A stretch of 64,000 bases of DNA, taken from NCBI RefSeq assembly GCF_006345805.1, contig NC_043010.1, positions 58,404,001 to 58,468,000 of the forward strand, read 5' to 3'. The notes beneath the pieces are model-generated. The model ran no database searches and was not told the DNA's origin. It saw only the letters and a list, made by a program, of their open reading frames with translations. The stretch is from Octopus sinensis (lineage: Eukaryota). Positions 10,735 through 22,520 of the stretch are shown in pieces; position 1 is the first letter of the stretch, and every line of letters starts with the position of its first letter. Made by a program: the position numbers and the translations under genes.

Positions 10735-11595
10735 CAGTGTGTGATGGGTGAATTGTCACCATTTTATATTTTTAATTTTGTGCATGTGCATTGTTTGTTT
10801 TTAATTTTGTCGACTACACAGTATAGTAGGGTCAGTTCGGCACCATCTGTGAGAAAATCAGCACCATGTCATTATTTACTTTGCCAGAAATTTGGAAACA
10901 AGATGCTGCACTTCTTGGAATTTGCACAGGAAGCTCCAAACGAACGTTTCAGTCTGAGGACAATGCAATCTGAGGAAAAAGTGTGATAAAAAACAAACAA
11001 CCAGTCAACATCATGGTGTTTGGGGTGATCACTAGTGATGGCGACGTTATGTCTCCATTTATCTTCCCACACGACCTCAGACTGAATACGGAGGCCTACA
11101 TCAAATGCCTGGCAGAGTTAGTGCTACTTTTGGTCAAGAGGGTGGCTGCTGGAAGATCCTGTATCTGGCAACAGGACTCTGCACTATGCCATACAAGCAG
11201 GAGAACCCAGCCATGGCTGTCAGATAATTTCTGTGACCATGCCACCCCCTAACATCTGACCACATAACTCCCCAGACTGCAATCCCCTTGATTATTATGT
11301 GTGGGACGCAGTTGAGCAAGAGACCAACAAAACTCCTTGTAACACCAAAGATGAACTGAAGGCAAGGATTATGGCAGCCTTGACCAACTTAAACAAGGAG
11401 ACAATCCAGAAGAGTTGCAAGAGATTCTAAAGTCGTCTGGAAGATATGGTTGAAGCCAATGGCGATTTTATTGAATAAATTTACTCTTTAGTATTTCAAG
11501 ATATTTTTATGTAATTTTGGTAGATATATCTGTTAAAATGAGATGCCAGTGTTATTTTCATTTTTGCATAATTTAGACAACAGTCTATTCACTGC
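10735..11595 (+). mobile_element. Tc1/mariner maT-type (DD37D) non-autonomous derivative
   Basis: VMVFGVITSDG…WQQDSALCH…; the terminus follows a TA; stops are present. Confidence 0.8.
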
Positions 11596-12174
11596 TGAAA
11601 TATGAGGAATGGTAAAGAGTGAAGAGGCTTTTTTGTCTGAGTTCTTGGTAACCTCTTTAGTGTTGGTGCTATGAAAAAAGTACGAAAATATCGGGACAGT
11701 ACTCCAGAACTCTGTCATGACACTCAGAGAAGAGAGAAACATCCATTAAGATCACAGATAAAGTTAAAATGAGCTTTGTATTTCAGATGGAATTACCATG
11801 GAAGAATCCATTGAGCATTGATGGGTGGCTGCTGTTAATTAATCTATAAATAGAGAAAATGTTTTATTTTCAACAAGACTGTCTGTCCTAAGACTTGGTC
11901 TATCACTTTTATGTTGGTCAATGATTTATCAGACAATTGTCTTCTTCTTCTTCATCAACTTCACTTCAGCATCCTTCCATGAAACCTTTACCTGTTCTTT
12001 CATCATGTCTAAGGGCCACAAGACTGAAATATAAATTCACAGAAATGATGGGCAACAAATTCAAATTATATCGTCTGCATTGTTGACAACTTATATCATT
12101 TACTACTTACATACTGCTAAGTTACAGGTCACAAACACACCAATAGTATCTGTCAAGTGGGGGACAAACACAAA

Positions 12175-12207
<33 letters not shown>

Positions 12208-12369
12208 CAAGCTTATTCTAGTTTCTGTCTACTAAATCCACTCACAAGGCTTTGGTTGGCCTGAGTTTATAGTAGAAGACACTTGCCCCAGGTGCTACAC
12301 AGTGGGCTTGAACCTGGAGCCATTGTCGTGGGAAAGCAAGTTTCTTACCACACAACCTCCATGCAGGCA

Positions 12370-12505
12370 AATGCATGTATGTATATTATGTATGTATATA
12401 TATATATATGTGTGTATATATATATGTTATGTAGATAGATATGTATGAATGTATGTATATATTTTTGTATGTATGTATGTGTGTGTATATATATATATGT
12501 AGGTG

Positions 12506-12538
<33 letters not shown>

Positions 12539-12589
12539 GTATATATATATGTATGTATGTGTATATGTATATATGTGTGTATATATATG

Positions 12590-12646
<57 letters not shown>

Positions 12647-13005
12647 ATATATATGTAGTTATGTGTATATATATATATATATGTAGGTATGTGTATATAT
12701 GTATGTGTGTATATATATATGTATGTGTATACATGTAGGTATGTGTATACATATATATTATATATATATATATGTGTGTGTGTGTGTATACATGCATGTA
12801 TGTGTGTATATATGTGTATGTATATATAATATATGTATGTATATATGTATGTGTGTATATATATATATGTATATGTATATATATATATATGTATGTGTAT
12901 GTATATGTATGTGTATATATGTATATATATATGTGTGTATGTATATATATATATGTATGTATATATATCTGTGTGTGTGCATGTATGTGTGTGTATGTAT
13001 GTGTA

Positions 13006-13104
<99 letters not shown>

Positions 13105-13270
13105 GTGTGTGTGTGTGTTTGTGTGCACATGTGTAAGCCAGTATGTATGTAAGTATGAATGTATATATCTTTATATGTTCGCAAGTATGTAGGTGTGTGT
13201 GTGTGTGTATGCAAGTTTGCAAGCATGTATGTATGTGTATATATGTATGTATGTGCGTGTATATAATGTA
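12370..13270. repeat. Compound (TA)n/(TG)n microsatellite
   Basis: Source of the spurious Y/I/C/M/H/T ORFs. Confidence 0.95.
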
Positions 13271-14670
13271 GGTGCCAATAATCAGATATATTTTTGGTCA
13301 TCCTCCTGTATTTAGAGGTATATAATCTGTAAGATAAGCAGAAAAGTAGACAGTAAGATGGAGGGTGGAGAAGTGGAGGGGGAGGAGGAGGTGGCGTGGA
13401 GGCGGGGCAGAAAAGTAGGGGGCGGGGAGGTTAGACTGTTTAGATGTATATAGTTAACTGTTACATATGGCTGGTCATTTAGTAGTAGTAGTACTATTAC
13501 AAATACACTACTATTACTACTACTTTTAATACTACTATGAGTAATACTGTCTGAGCTTTGGTTTTTTTGCTGCCTCATCACTTTTGTCCCTACTAATACC
13601 TCCATTAGTACCATCAACAGCACCACCACCACCTCCACTACAATCATCACTTAAACCAACTTAACACCACCAGTGCCACCACCACCACCACCAAACCCCA
13701 CACCACTTTGACCAGACTCCACCACATAATACTCAATATTACCACCACTACCACCACTGTTGCTCTCTGCCATCACCACTATCACCACACTACCACCAAC
13801 ACTTTCACCACCATCACCATCATTACAAGCATCACCCTTCACCACCACCACCACAACTGCCGCCGCCACCTTCGTTATGAATTAATTGCTTAAATTATCG
13901 ATTTCTTCAAACTGTCTTGTATCTCTGTCAGTTTAGTTTCTTCACCTGAGTGGTGGGATGGAAGGGTGGGGGGTGGGGAGAGACAAGGAGGAGGGACACA
14001 CAGACAGACAAAAAGAAGTGTGAAGGGGGTTGGGGTGGGAGGTACAGGCAGGAGGAGGAGGAGGAGGAGGCGGAAGGGGTCTGTTGAAAGAATACACGTG
14101 ACTGGTTCAATAATGGCAACACTGTTGGAAAAAAACTAAAGCCCCGCTTATTTTATAGTCAATATATTGTTAGAAGGATGTTGTGACAATCATGCTTTGC
14201 TCTAGATATTTTTTGCGTTATATATAGCCAGAGAAAGGGTTTATTGTTGGGGGCTTGATGTAGTGTCATTCATGCCTTGCTCAAGATATTTTATATAATC
14301 ACTTAGGCATAGTGAGATACCATTTTTGAAAGGCAAGCAGGATGTGGTGGCAGCCATGCCTCGCCCCATCAGAAATGCCATTCCATTCCATTCTATAGAA
14401 TAAGGAATATTTTAAGGAGTGGTTGGCATGGCATGACTGTTCTACAAATGTACTTCAGAAACACATGGTCGATTTCCGACCCTCCCCCAACCCCATTCAG
14501 GTTAATCTTTCTTATAGCTATAAATACACTCACATATATACATAAATACACATATACATACACACACGTGTATGTATGTACATATGTATGTATATACATG
14601 CCTCTGTTTATCAACTGAATATGAATCATACACGGATGTATAATGGTTTGCCCATCCCCACAAACTCCCG

Positions 14671-15065
14671 CAGGAGTGGCTGTGTGGTAAGTAGCTTGCT
14701 TATTAACCACATGGTTCCGGGTTCAGTCCCACTGCGTGACACCTTGGGCAAGTGTCTTCTACTATAGCCTCGGGCCGACCAAAGCCTCGTGAGTGGATTT
14801 GGTAGACGGAAACTGAAAGAAGCCCGTCGTATATATGTATATATATATATGTGAGCGTGTGTGTTTGTGTGTCTGTGTTTGTCCCCCCAACATCGCTTGA
14901 CAACCGATGCTGGTGTGTTTACGTCCCCGTAACTTAGCAGTTCAGCAAAAGAGACTGATAGAATAAGTACTGGACTTACAAAGAATAAGTCCCGGGGTTG
15001 AGTTGCTCGACTAAAGGTGGTGCTCCAGCATGGCCACAGTCAAATGACTGAAACAAGTAAAAAGA
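14671..15065 (+). mobile_element. SINE family 1, full length
   Basis: Near-identical to 1735-2115. Confidence 0.85.
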
Positions 15066-16574
15066 GGAAAAAGAGAATATGCATGTGTGTGTGTGTAGTG
15101 CATGTTTTGTGGAAGGAAAGGAGGGAGGGCAGTGGGTGTGATATAGTGAACACACCCTGTCCCCCACCCCCCAAGCCTGATGTGATTCATGTTCAGTTCA
15201 AAACTAGAGTGGAGGGTGAACAAATAGGTCAAACTTTTAAGTAGTTGCTTGACATACTAGAAATAGCAGCCGAATTTCCCTCTAGCCCTATTTCATTGCT
15301 CTTAGATGTATGAATGGATACCTTACGTGATGTATCCCTTCATAGTCTTAAAAATCCTGTGAGAGACAGCAAGATTGCCCTTGATCATAGGTCAATGGTA
15401 TGGTTCACTTAGGGATAAAGAATACCAGCAAATGTATGCAGGAGGATTTAAGTGAGGAATAAGTGCTGGGGAGGAATGATTGGGTAGCTATTCAGTGCAG
15501 GATCTGGAATGAGGGGCAGATTGGATATGATGAGTGTTAAGGGAATCAGTCAGAACTGAGGCAAATGGGCACAAGTTTTCGGTACTCCTGATATGCCAGC
15601 CACATAGGAGTATTCTTGTAATCAGAACAGAAGTTTTCCTGGGTGTGAAAGAAATACAGTTTTGATGTATATGATGGGGCTTGGGGAGTTGGGTACTCTA
15701 ATCGCTGAGATAGGGTTGAGACAATGTTACATACACATGCACACACACACACACACACACGTATATAAGTATAGTGGTTGTAAATCCTGGTCTTCTTTAT
15801 GTAGTGTATGCAGTTATATAAATCTAGCAGTGAGAGTGGGGATGGGGTGTAATCCTCATCATCCTCATCATTATTTAATGTCCATTTTCCATGTTGGCAT
15901 GGGTTGGATGGTTTGAGAGCAGCTGGCATGACCAGGTGCTACATCAAGTTCTATTTGTCTGTTTTGGCATGGTTTCTATGGCTGGATGCCCTTCCTAATG
16001 CCAGCTACTTTACAGAGTGTACAGGTGCTTTTCATGTGACACCAGCACCAGTGCTTTTTATATGGTGAATAAAAGAAAGTTTATTTATATCTTCTAAAGT
16101 GTGGTGGTGGTGAGGTGAGCCCAAATCAATGGCACAGTAAATCGGTAGAATAAGGAGCAAATCATTTTCAAACAAAAGCTAGAACACTAATGATGAAAGT
16201 TATACACAAGTGATGTGGAAATTTTAACAGCAAGGACCATGTAACATTATAAAAGAAAAGGCTGCCTGTATTACAGCATTAAAAGTAGGGACTGTTTATA
16301 TTTCCTTATTAAGGGTTGGGTCTCTTCACATCACAATACTAAAAATAGGGCCACTTTGTATTATAACACTGGTAGAAATGAAATATGGTATTAAAGAAAG
16401 AAGCTACCTGTTTTGCAGTTTTAAATAAAAGGACTCTTTCACATTGACAGATCATCTCTGTGTATTGCAATATTTAATGTAACAACCTGTGTTTCAGTAT
16501 TTAATGTAGGAACCTGTGTTTCAGTATTTAATGCAGGGACCTGTATTTCAGTATCAGCTGATTAAATCTAGTGG

Positions 16575-16800
16575 TAAGGTCATGGGCTGGTAGAATTGTT
16601 AGTGTGTTGGGCAAAATGCTTGGTAGCATTTCATCCCTCTCTCTACGTTCTGAGTTCAAATTCCACCAATGTTAACTTTACCTTTCATCCTTCCAGGGTC
16701 AATAAAATAAATACCAATTTCAGTTCTAGGGCTGATGTAATTGATTTATTCCCTCACACAAAGTTGCTGGCCTTGGGACAAAATTCGAATCCAATCTTAA
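16575..16800 (+). mobile_element. SINE family 2
   Basis: Same consensus. Confidence 0.75.
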
Positions 16801-17227
16801 ATCTGATGATTGTATTAAAATATTTGAGATTAGTGCTGTCTGATGTACAATATATTTGCCATGGGGATTGTAGGATTGTATTATGTTATTGGCAGTAGGG
16901 ACTGACTTACAGTGTTGGATTTATGGGGTTTCTATCTTACAGTATTAAAGGTGGGGACAGTAAGATATACAATAGATGTGCTGCTTCTTAGAAGCATATG
17001 AAACTGGTACACATATATCCTTAGTCCTCTCTCTCTGTCTTTCTACTTTTACTCTAGGGTCTACCCATCATGAGCTACTACCACTTACCAATGTATTTAA
17101 ATCCCCATTCTCAGGCCAGGCCCTAATCATTGTACCCAGTTCTTTCTTCTTATGGTGTCTCACTTCCAGAGGTTTCTCTTTGCTCCATGTTATTTCTGCA
17201 GCCGTTAACTTACAATATTGGTTTCAA

Positions 17228-18487
17228 ATTTTAGCACAAGGCCAGCATTTTCAAGGGAGGGATTGAAGGTTAAATTGATTACATCAACCCCAGAGCTCAA
17301 CTGGTCCTTATTTTACTGACCTCAAGAGGATGGAAGACAAAGCTGACCTCAGCAGAATTTGAACTCAGAATATAACAACAGACAAAATGCCGCTAAGCTT
17401 TTGTCCAGTCTGCTAATGATTCTGCCAGCTCACCACTTTCAATCAACTTTCAATATTAACCATTTTCCCATCAATATCCAAAACTATGATGGCATTGAGG
17501 GAAAGGGTGACCAGAGAATTCTTGATTCTTCAACTTGTTTTTCCCATCTCCTTTGGAGTTGGTCCCAGTTGGCACCAAGTAATTTGTCTACCATCCCTGG
17601 AAGCAGAGAAAATTTCAATAAAGCAAGAATATATCTTGAACAGTACTTAACATAACCTCATTTATGTGTGTGTGCATATGTATATATATACATAGGTATG
17701 TACCCGAATGTGATCGATGCCATCCGAACATGATCGATGACAGGGCCACCTGACTGGCTACCATGCCAGTGGCGTGTAAAAAGCACCATCCAAATGTGGC
17801 CAATGCCATTGGCTCCCATGCTGGTGGCATGTAAAAAGCACCATCCAAACATGCCTGATGCCAGTACCCCTTAACCGGCTCCTGTGCCAGTGGCATGTAA
17901 AAAGCACCATCCAAACATGGCTGACGCCAGTACCCCTTCAGTGGCTCCCATGCCGGTGGCACGTAAAAAACACTATATCAATGTGATCGATGCCAGGCCC
18001 ACCTGACTGGCTCTTGTGCCGGTGGCACATAAAAAGCACCCACTACACTCTCAGAGTGTTTGGCATTAGGAAGGGCATCCAGCTGTAGATGCTTTATTGA
18101 AATTTTCTCTGCTTCCAGGGATGGTAGACAAATTACTTGGTGCCAACTGGGACCAACTCCAAAGGAGATGGGAAAAACAAGTTGAAGAATCAAGAATTCT
18201 CTGGTCACCCTTTCCCTCAATGCCATCATAGTTTTGGATATTGATGGGAAAATGGTTAATATTGAAAGTTGATTGAAAGTGGTGAGCTGGCAGAATCATT
18301 AGCAGACTGGACAAAAGCTTAGCGGCATTTTGTCTGTTGTTATATTCTGAGTTCAAATTCTGCTGAGGTCAGCTTTGTCTTCCATCCTCTTGAGGTCAGT
18401 AAAATAAGGACCAGTTGAGCTCTGGAGCTGATGTAATCAATTCAACCTTCAATCCCTCCCTTGAAAATGCTGGCCTTGTGCTAAAAT
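17228..18487. repeat. Inverted duplication: 398-bp arms (17228-17625 and 18090-18487), 464-bp spacer
   Basis: Three mismatches seen and no indels. It explains the twin ORFs 17359-17655(+) and 18066-18356(-). Confidence 0.95.
17690..18089 (+). mobile_element. RTE 3' UTR fragment with ~6 degenerate repeat units, truncated by the inverted duplication
   Basis: Repeated gtggcatgtaaaaagcaccatcc, then ggcattaggaagggcatccagctgtaga, ending abruptly. Confidence 0.75.
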
Positions 18488-18644
18488 GTATGGCATTAGG
18501 ATTTGACACCTTTTCATACTCGCTTCTAAGAAGAGTCAGAAGTGGTTGTAGGAGAATTTCTATAACTTTACTACCAGCCCCAATTTCTGCTCTCCTAATC
18601 CCCCAATTGTAATTCCATGGATTACCAGGTTTAGGCTGCAGATG

Positions 18645-18945
18645 AGAGAGACATCAAGTGCTTCTACCTGCAACATCAAACCTGAGCTGGTGACCAAGAT
18701 CAAGGCAGTGTTTGAAGACTCTCCCCAAGGACACAGTGAGAAATGCATATGCCAAGTTCCAGAACCATTTCAAGGCTGTGGTGGAGGCTAAGGATGGCAA
18801 CTTTGAATCAACTGTTAGCTTTCAGCCATAATCATCTAGTGGATAATTTTGGATTTTTTTAAATGCTTTTATTTCTCGATGGGGTTACTGTTTTTCCTTT
18901 CCCCATCATGCAGACTGTCAAATATTTACCTAAACACCATGTACA
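18645..18945 (+). mobile_element. 3' fragment of a second maT/Tc1-like family
   Basis: …KPELVTKIKAVFED…FKAVVEAKDGNFE, followed by a cacc(a)tgta terminus. Confidence 0.5.
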
Positions 18946-19339
18946 CACACATACACACATGCGCACACACACAAAGGAGGGTATTATGTGAGGTGCAGGA
19001 GTGGTGGAGATGGAGATGTAGGGTACTTAAGGGTGGCTATACTGAGTGGGGTATGTTGGCAGATATGAGAGGGCATTGAGAATGATATCAGATATGGGTG
19101 GAAGGTGTTAAGATGAAGAATGGCAGAAGTGAAAGTGAAATGCCTGAAGGCTCTGAAAGGAGGTGGTCAGTGGAAATAGTGTGAAAAGGAAGGAAGGAAG
19201 AACGGTCAAGCAGTGCCATAGATAGCAGAGTGATGGGTGATAGGGAATGAAATGCAGGGAATGCTTGATGGGACTAAAAGGATGAAGGAGCAGGCCATGC
19301 ACATATGAGTATCACTGAAATGGTTTTAGGGCATCATTT

Positions 19340-21480
19340 TTGCTGTGATGTTTGGATTTTCTTGAGCAGAGCAAATGGCCAATCATCTCTGTCCTTTGTC
19401 TTCCATTCTGTGAGATTCAGCATCCTGAGATCAATCCTCACCACTTCCTCACATGTTTTTCTGGGCTTACCTTTCCTACAAGTTCCATTCACTTTTGTGA
19501 CCTGCTCTTTTTAATGCAGCTGTTCTTATTTATACACATCATATAATTAAACCAGGCGAGCTGGCAGAATCGTTAGCACGCCGAGAAAAATGCTCAGCGG
19601 TATTTCATTTGCCATTATGTTCTGAGTTCAAATTCTGCTGAGGTCGACTTTGCCTTTCATCCTCACGGGTCAATTAAATAAGTACCAGTTACACACTGGG
19701 GCTGATGTAATTGACTTAATCCTTTGTTTGTCCCTTCTATGTTTAGCCCCCTGTGGACAATAAAGAAATGTATAATTAAACCAGTCCAGACCAGTGCAGT
19801 CTTCTCTCTTGTGTACTACATCTGATTCCTCTTAGGCTTAATTTTTCTCTTAATACATTACAAGTTAGTCATGCATGCACCCTTGCACCCTGATGTTGCA
19901 AAACCAACAGAGCCTATCAACTTCATTCCTTTCTAGTCTTTGGATGTTCTCTGTATTCAGGGTCCAAGTCTCAGTATCATGTACCATTTCTGTTTGTAGA
20001 AAAACATCATACAATCTGCCTTTCACTCTGAGAGACAGAGAGAAAGAGACCTTTCTTTTGCCAGGAGGTAACAGCTCTCTGAACTACCTCCACCCAGTTC
20101 ATATTCTAGCAGCCATACATTCAGAACATTCTCCTCCTCCATTGCTAATTAGGTCACCTGGCCAACAGAAACTAGTTAGTATCTTTAAGGAAACTCTCGG
20201 GCATTCAGAAAAAATTATTTCCCATGCATCCTTACATAGATAGTCAGATATAAAGACAAATAGAGAGATAGATATAAAGCTATACAGATAGATATGTGTA
20301 ACATATGGTGTAGTTATAAACAGGGAAAATTTTGGTCATTTCTCTACAGACTGAGAAAGTGATGAACAAACTTAATTGATTTTCAAACCTTATTGGGTTC
20401 TTATCAGAGGTGACTACATCATTCTGACAGTCTCCAGAGAAACAAGCAGCCACTGTTTATATACCCAACAAATGAAGCAGTTAATCTATGCAGGAGTCCA
20501 GATAAATAAATAGATTGCTGGATAGATGTACAGTTTATGGCTCCTGTGCATCTTCCACATACAAAATCTTCTTTCTCCATTAATGGTCCTGTGTACATTT
20601 TATGTCTCCATTGTTTGAATTGGATGCACTACATGGAATTCGTGCCTACTCCTTTCCTACATATTGAGCAGGGCCATTACCTGAAGGAAGTAAAATCCTG
20701 TCTGTTTACCTGTTCACCATAACTTTGGTGTTTGGCAAGTTAAGTTTAAGGCCATATGATTCCTAGTTTTGCTTTCACACCTGAAATTTCTTTGCTAATT
20801 CGATTATAGATTCTGCTATGAGAACAAGATCATCAGCATATACTAGTTCCCAGGGGCAGCCAATTTTAAATTCCTCTGTCAAAGTCTTGAAGACAATAAC
20901 AAACAGGAGGGGACTGATAACCAAGCCTTTGTGAACTTCTACCTGAACTCTAAATTCATTGCTCTACTGATGGCCAACTCTCACCTTACTGACAGCACTC
21001 CTGAACATGGCTTGTATGACTTTCACAAACCATTTATTTACCTCAGCTTTCTCAGAGACTACCATATCACAGAGTAAACTCGAGCTAAATACCTCTGCTG
21101 TAGTTGTGTGACTAAGAAGATAGCATCAGTAGCACTTCTCCCCAGCACAAAGCCAAACTGCATCTCATCTACTCTAATTCTGTCTTTAATTGACTGCGCT
21201 ATAACTTTTGCTGTATCTTTCATTACTTAGTCCAGCAATTAGACACCCTTGTAATTATTTCTATCTAATGCAACTCTTTTACCCTTGTAACAGCTGATTA
21301 AAATGCTGCGACACCAGTCATTGGGTATGGCAGCTTCTTGAATAACTCAGTTTACTAAATGAGTGACGAGGCCAGATATTTCAAGCATGTCAGTCTTCCA
21401 TGTCTTCATATCATTGCCTTGTCTATCATACTGTTGTCAACTAGAATGGTTAGTCCCTCTGTTGGATCAATGCTAGGGGA
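19340..21480 (-). mobile_element. Decayed RTE-clade LINE (RT, Cys-rich insert, C-terminus), interrupted by a SINE
   Basis: ISPLLFVIVF…WELVYADDL…TKVM, then WPCSICRKGVG…FVCGRC, ETWTL, GKPRKTCEEVV. Confidence 0.75.
19556..19770 (+). mobile_element. tRNA-derived SINE family 2 with a 14-bp target-site duplication
   Basis: gcgagctggcagaatcgttagc…gagttcaaattc (B box)…aaagaaat, flanked by TATAATTAAACCAG at 19542-19555 and 19771-19784. Confidence 0.9.
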
Positions 21481-21954
21481 CTCCCTTTCTCCCGTGCATT
21501 GAATGCACAATATATATATATATATATTCTACATTTAACGGCCCTAACATATATGTATTGATTCAACAGAGGGACCAGCCATTCTAGTATGTATGTACAT
21601 CTTTTTTGGACTTAGATCTCAGAGTACATAAATACTATGAATAATCCTTTCTTCTATTGGCACAAGGCCAGCAACTCTGGGGAGGGGCTAAAGTGATCCA
21701 TCAACCTCAGTGTTCAGCTGGTAATTATTTTATTGATCCCAAAAGGATGAAAGGCAAAGTCGACCTCAGAAGAATTTAATTAATGCTATAAATAATAACT
21801 TATAAATATTGGGTTGAAAACTCTTTGGATAGAAAAAAATCAAGGGCTACCCATGGCACTTGAGCCCACATCTTCTATAAAGATGACAGATGTTCTACCG
21901 TTGGACCAAAGCAATCCTTTGAATTCCTCTCCTGGTATTGCATCAGAGCATGTT

Positions 21955-22520
21955 ATTATCATTATTATTATTATTATTTTGGTTTCTCTCAGGTTGGGTG
22001 TTATTCCTGATAAGGATTATGTGAATAGCAGTTTACTGCCTGTAACTATAGGTATCCACAGGTTTTCAGCTGTCTTTCAAGTGCTTAGAACCCTCCTGAT
22101 AATCTTTACTGTCCCTGACAGACAAACTTTTTGTAGGAGCTCTACCGGGCATTCTAATTCAATCTCCTTCAGCCATCTGTCTTTATCTTTATATACTGTC
22201 CCCAATGCACCGATTATTAGAGGCTTGACCTTTACTGTTCTTCCTAGTACAAATTTTAGGGGAGTGTATTTTCTTTGTTTTTCTTCCTCTTTCTTTATGA
22301 TCCTAGAATCAAAAGGGCATGATGGGTTGATAGACAAGCAACTTCATTTTTCCTTATCCATGATTGTAATATCTGGTCTATTGTTTTCTGACTTCTTGTC
22401 TGTTTGAAGAGGAAAGTCCCACAAGATCTTACATTTCTCCAACTTTAGTACTCTTTCGACTTGATGATTGTTCCCTTCAAATCCCCATTTCTGGAAAATG
22501 TGCCAGAAATTGGGATTTGA
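21955..22520 (-). mobile_element. R4/Dong-like LINE 3' end (restriction-like endonuclease) with (TAA)n tail
   Basis: NNRPDITIMDKEK…INPSCPFDSRIIKKEEEKQRKY…VKPLIIGALG…LLQKVCLSGTVKIIRRVL*. Confidence 0.75.

Noticed and set aside
12345-13301. Long ORFs (318 aa here; also ~28 kb, 37-40 kb, 51-54 kb)
   Set aside because: They are translations of TA/TG/CA microsatellites, which lack stop codons.
16470-16555. Three copies of a ~27-bp tandem repeat
   Set aside because: An ordinary small minisatellite with no further structure.
17359-18356. Two identical ~97-aa ORFs suggesting a duplicated gene
   Set aside because: They are SINE-derived translations produced by the inverted duplication, start at TTG, and have no protein features.
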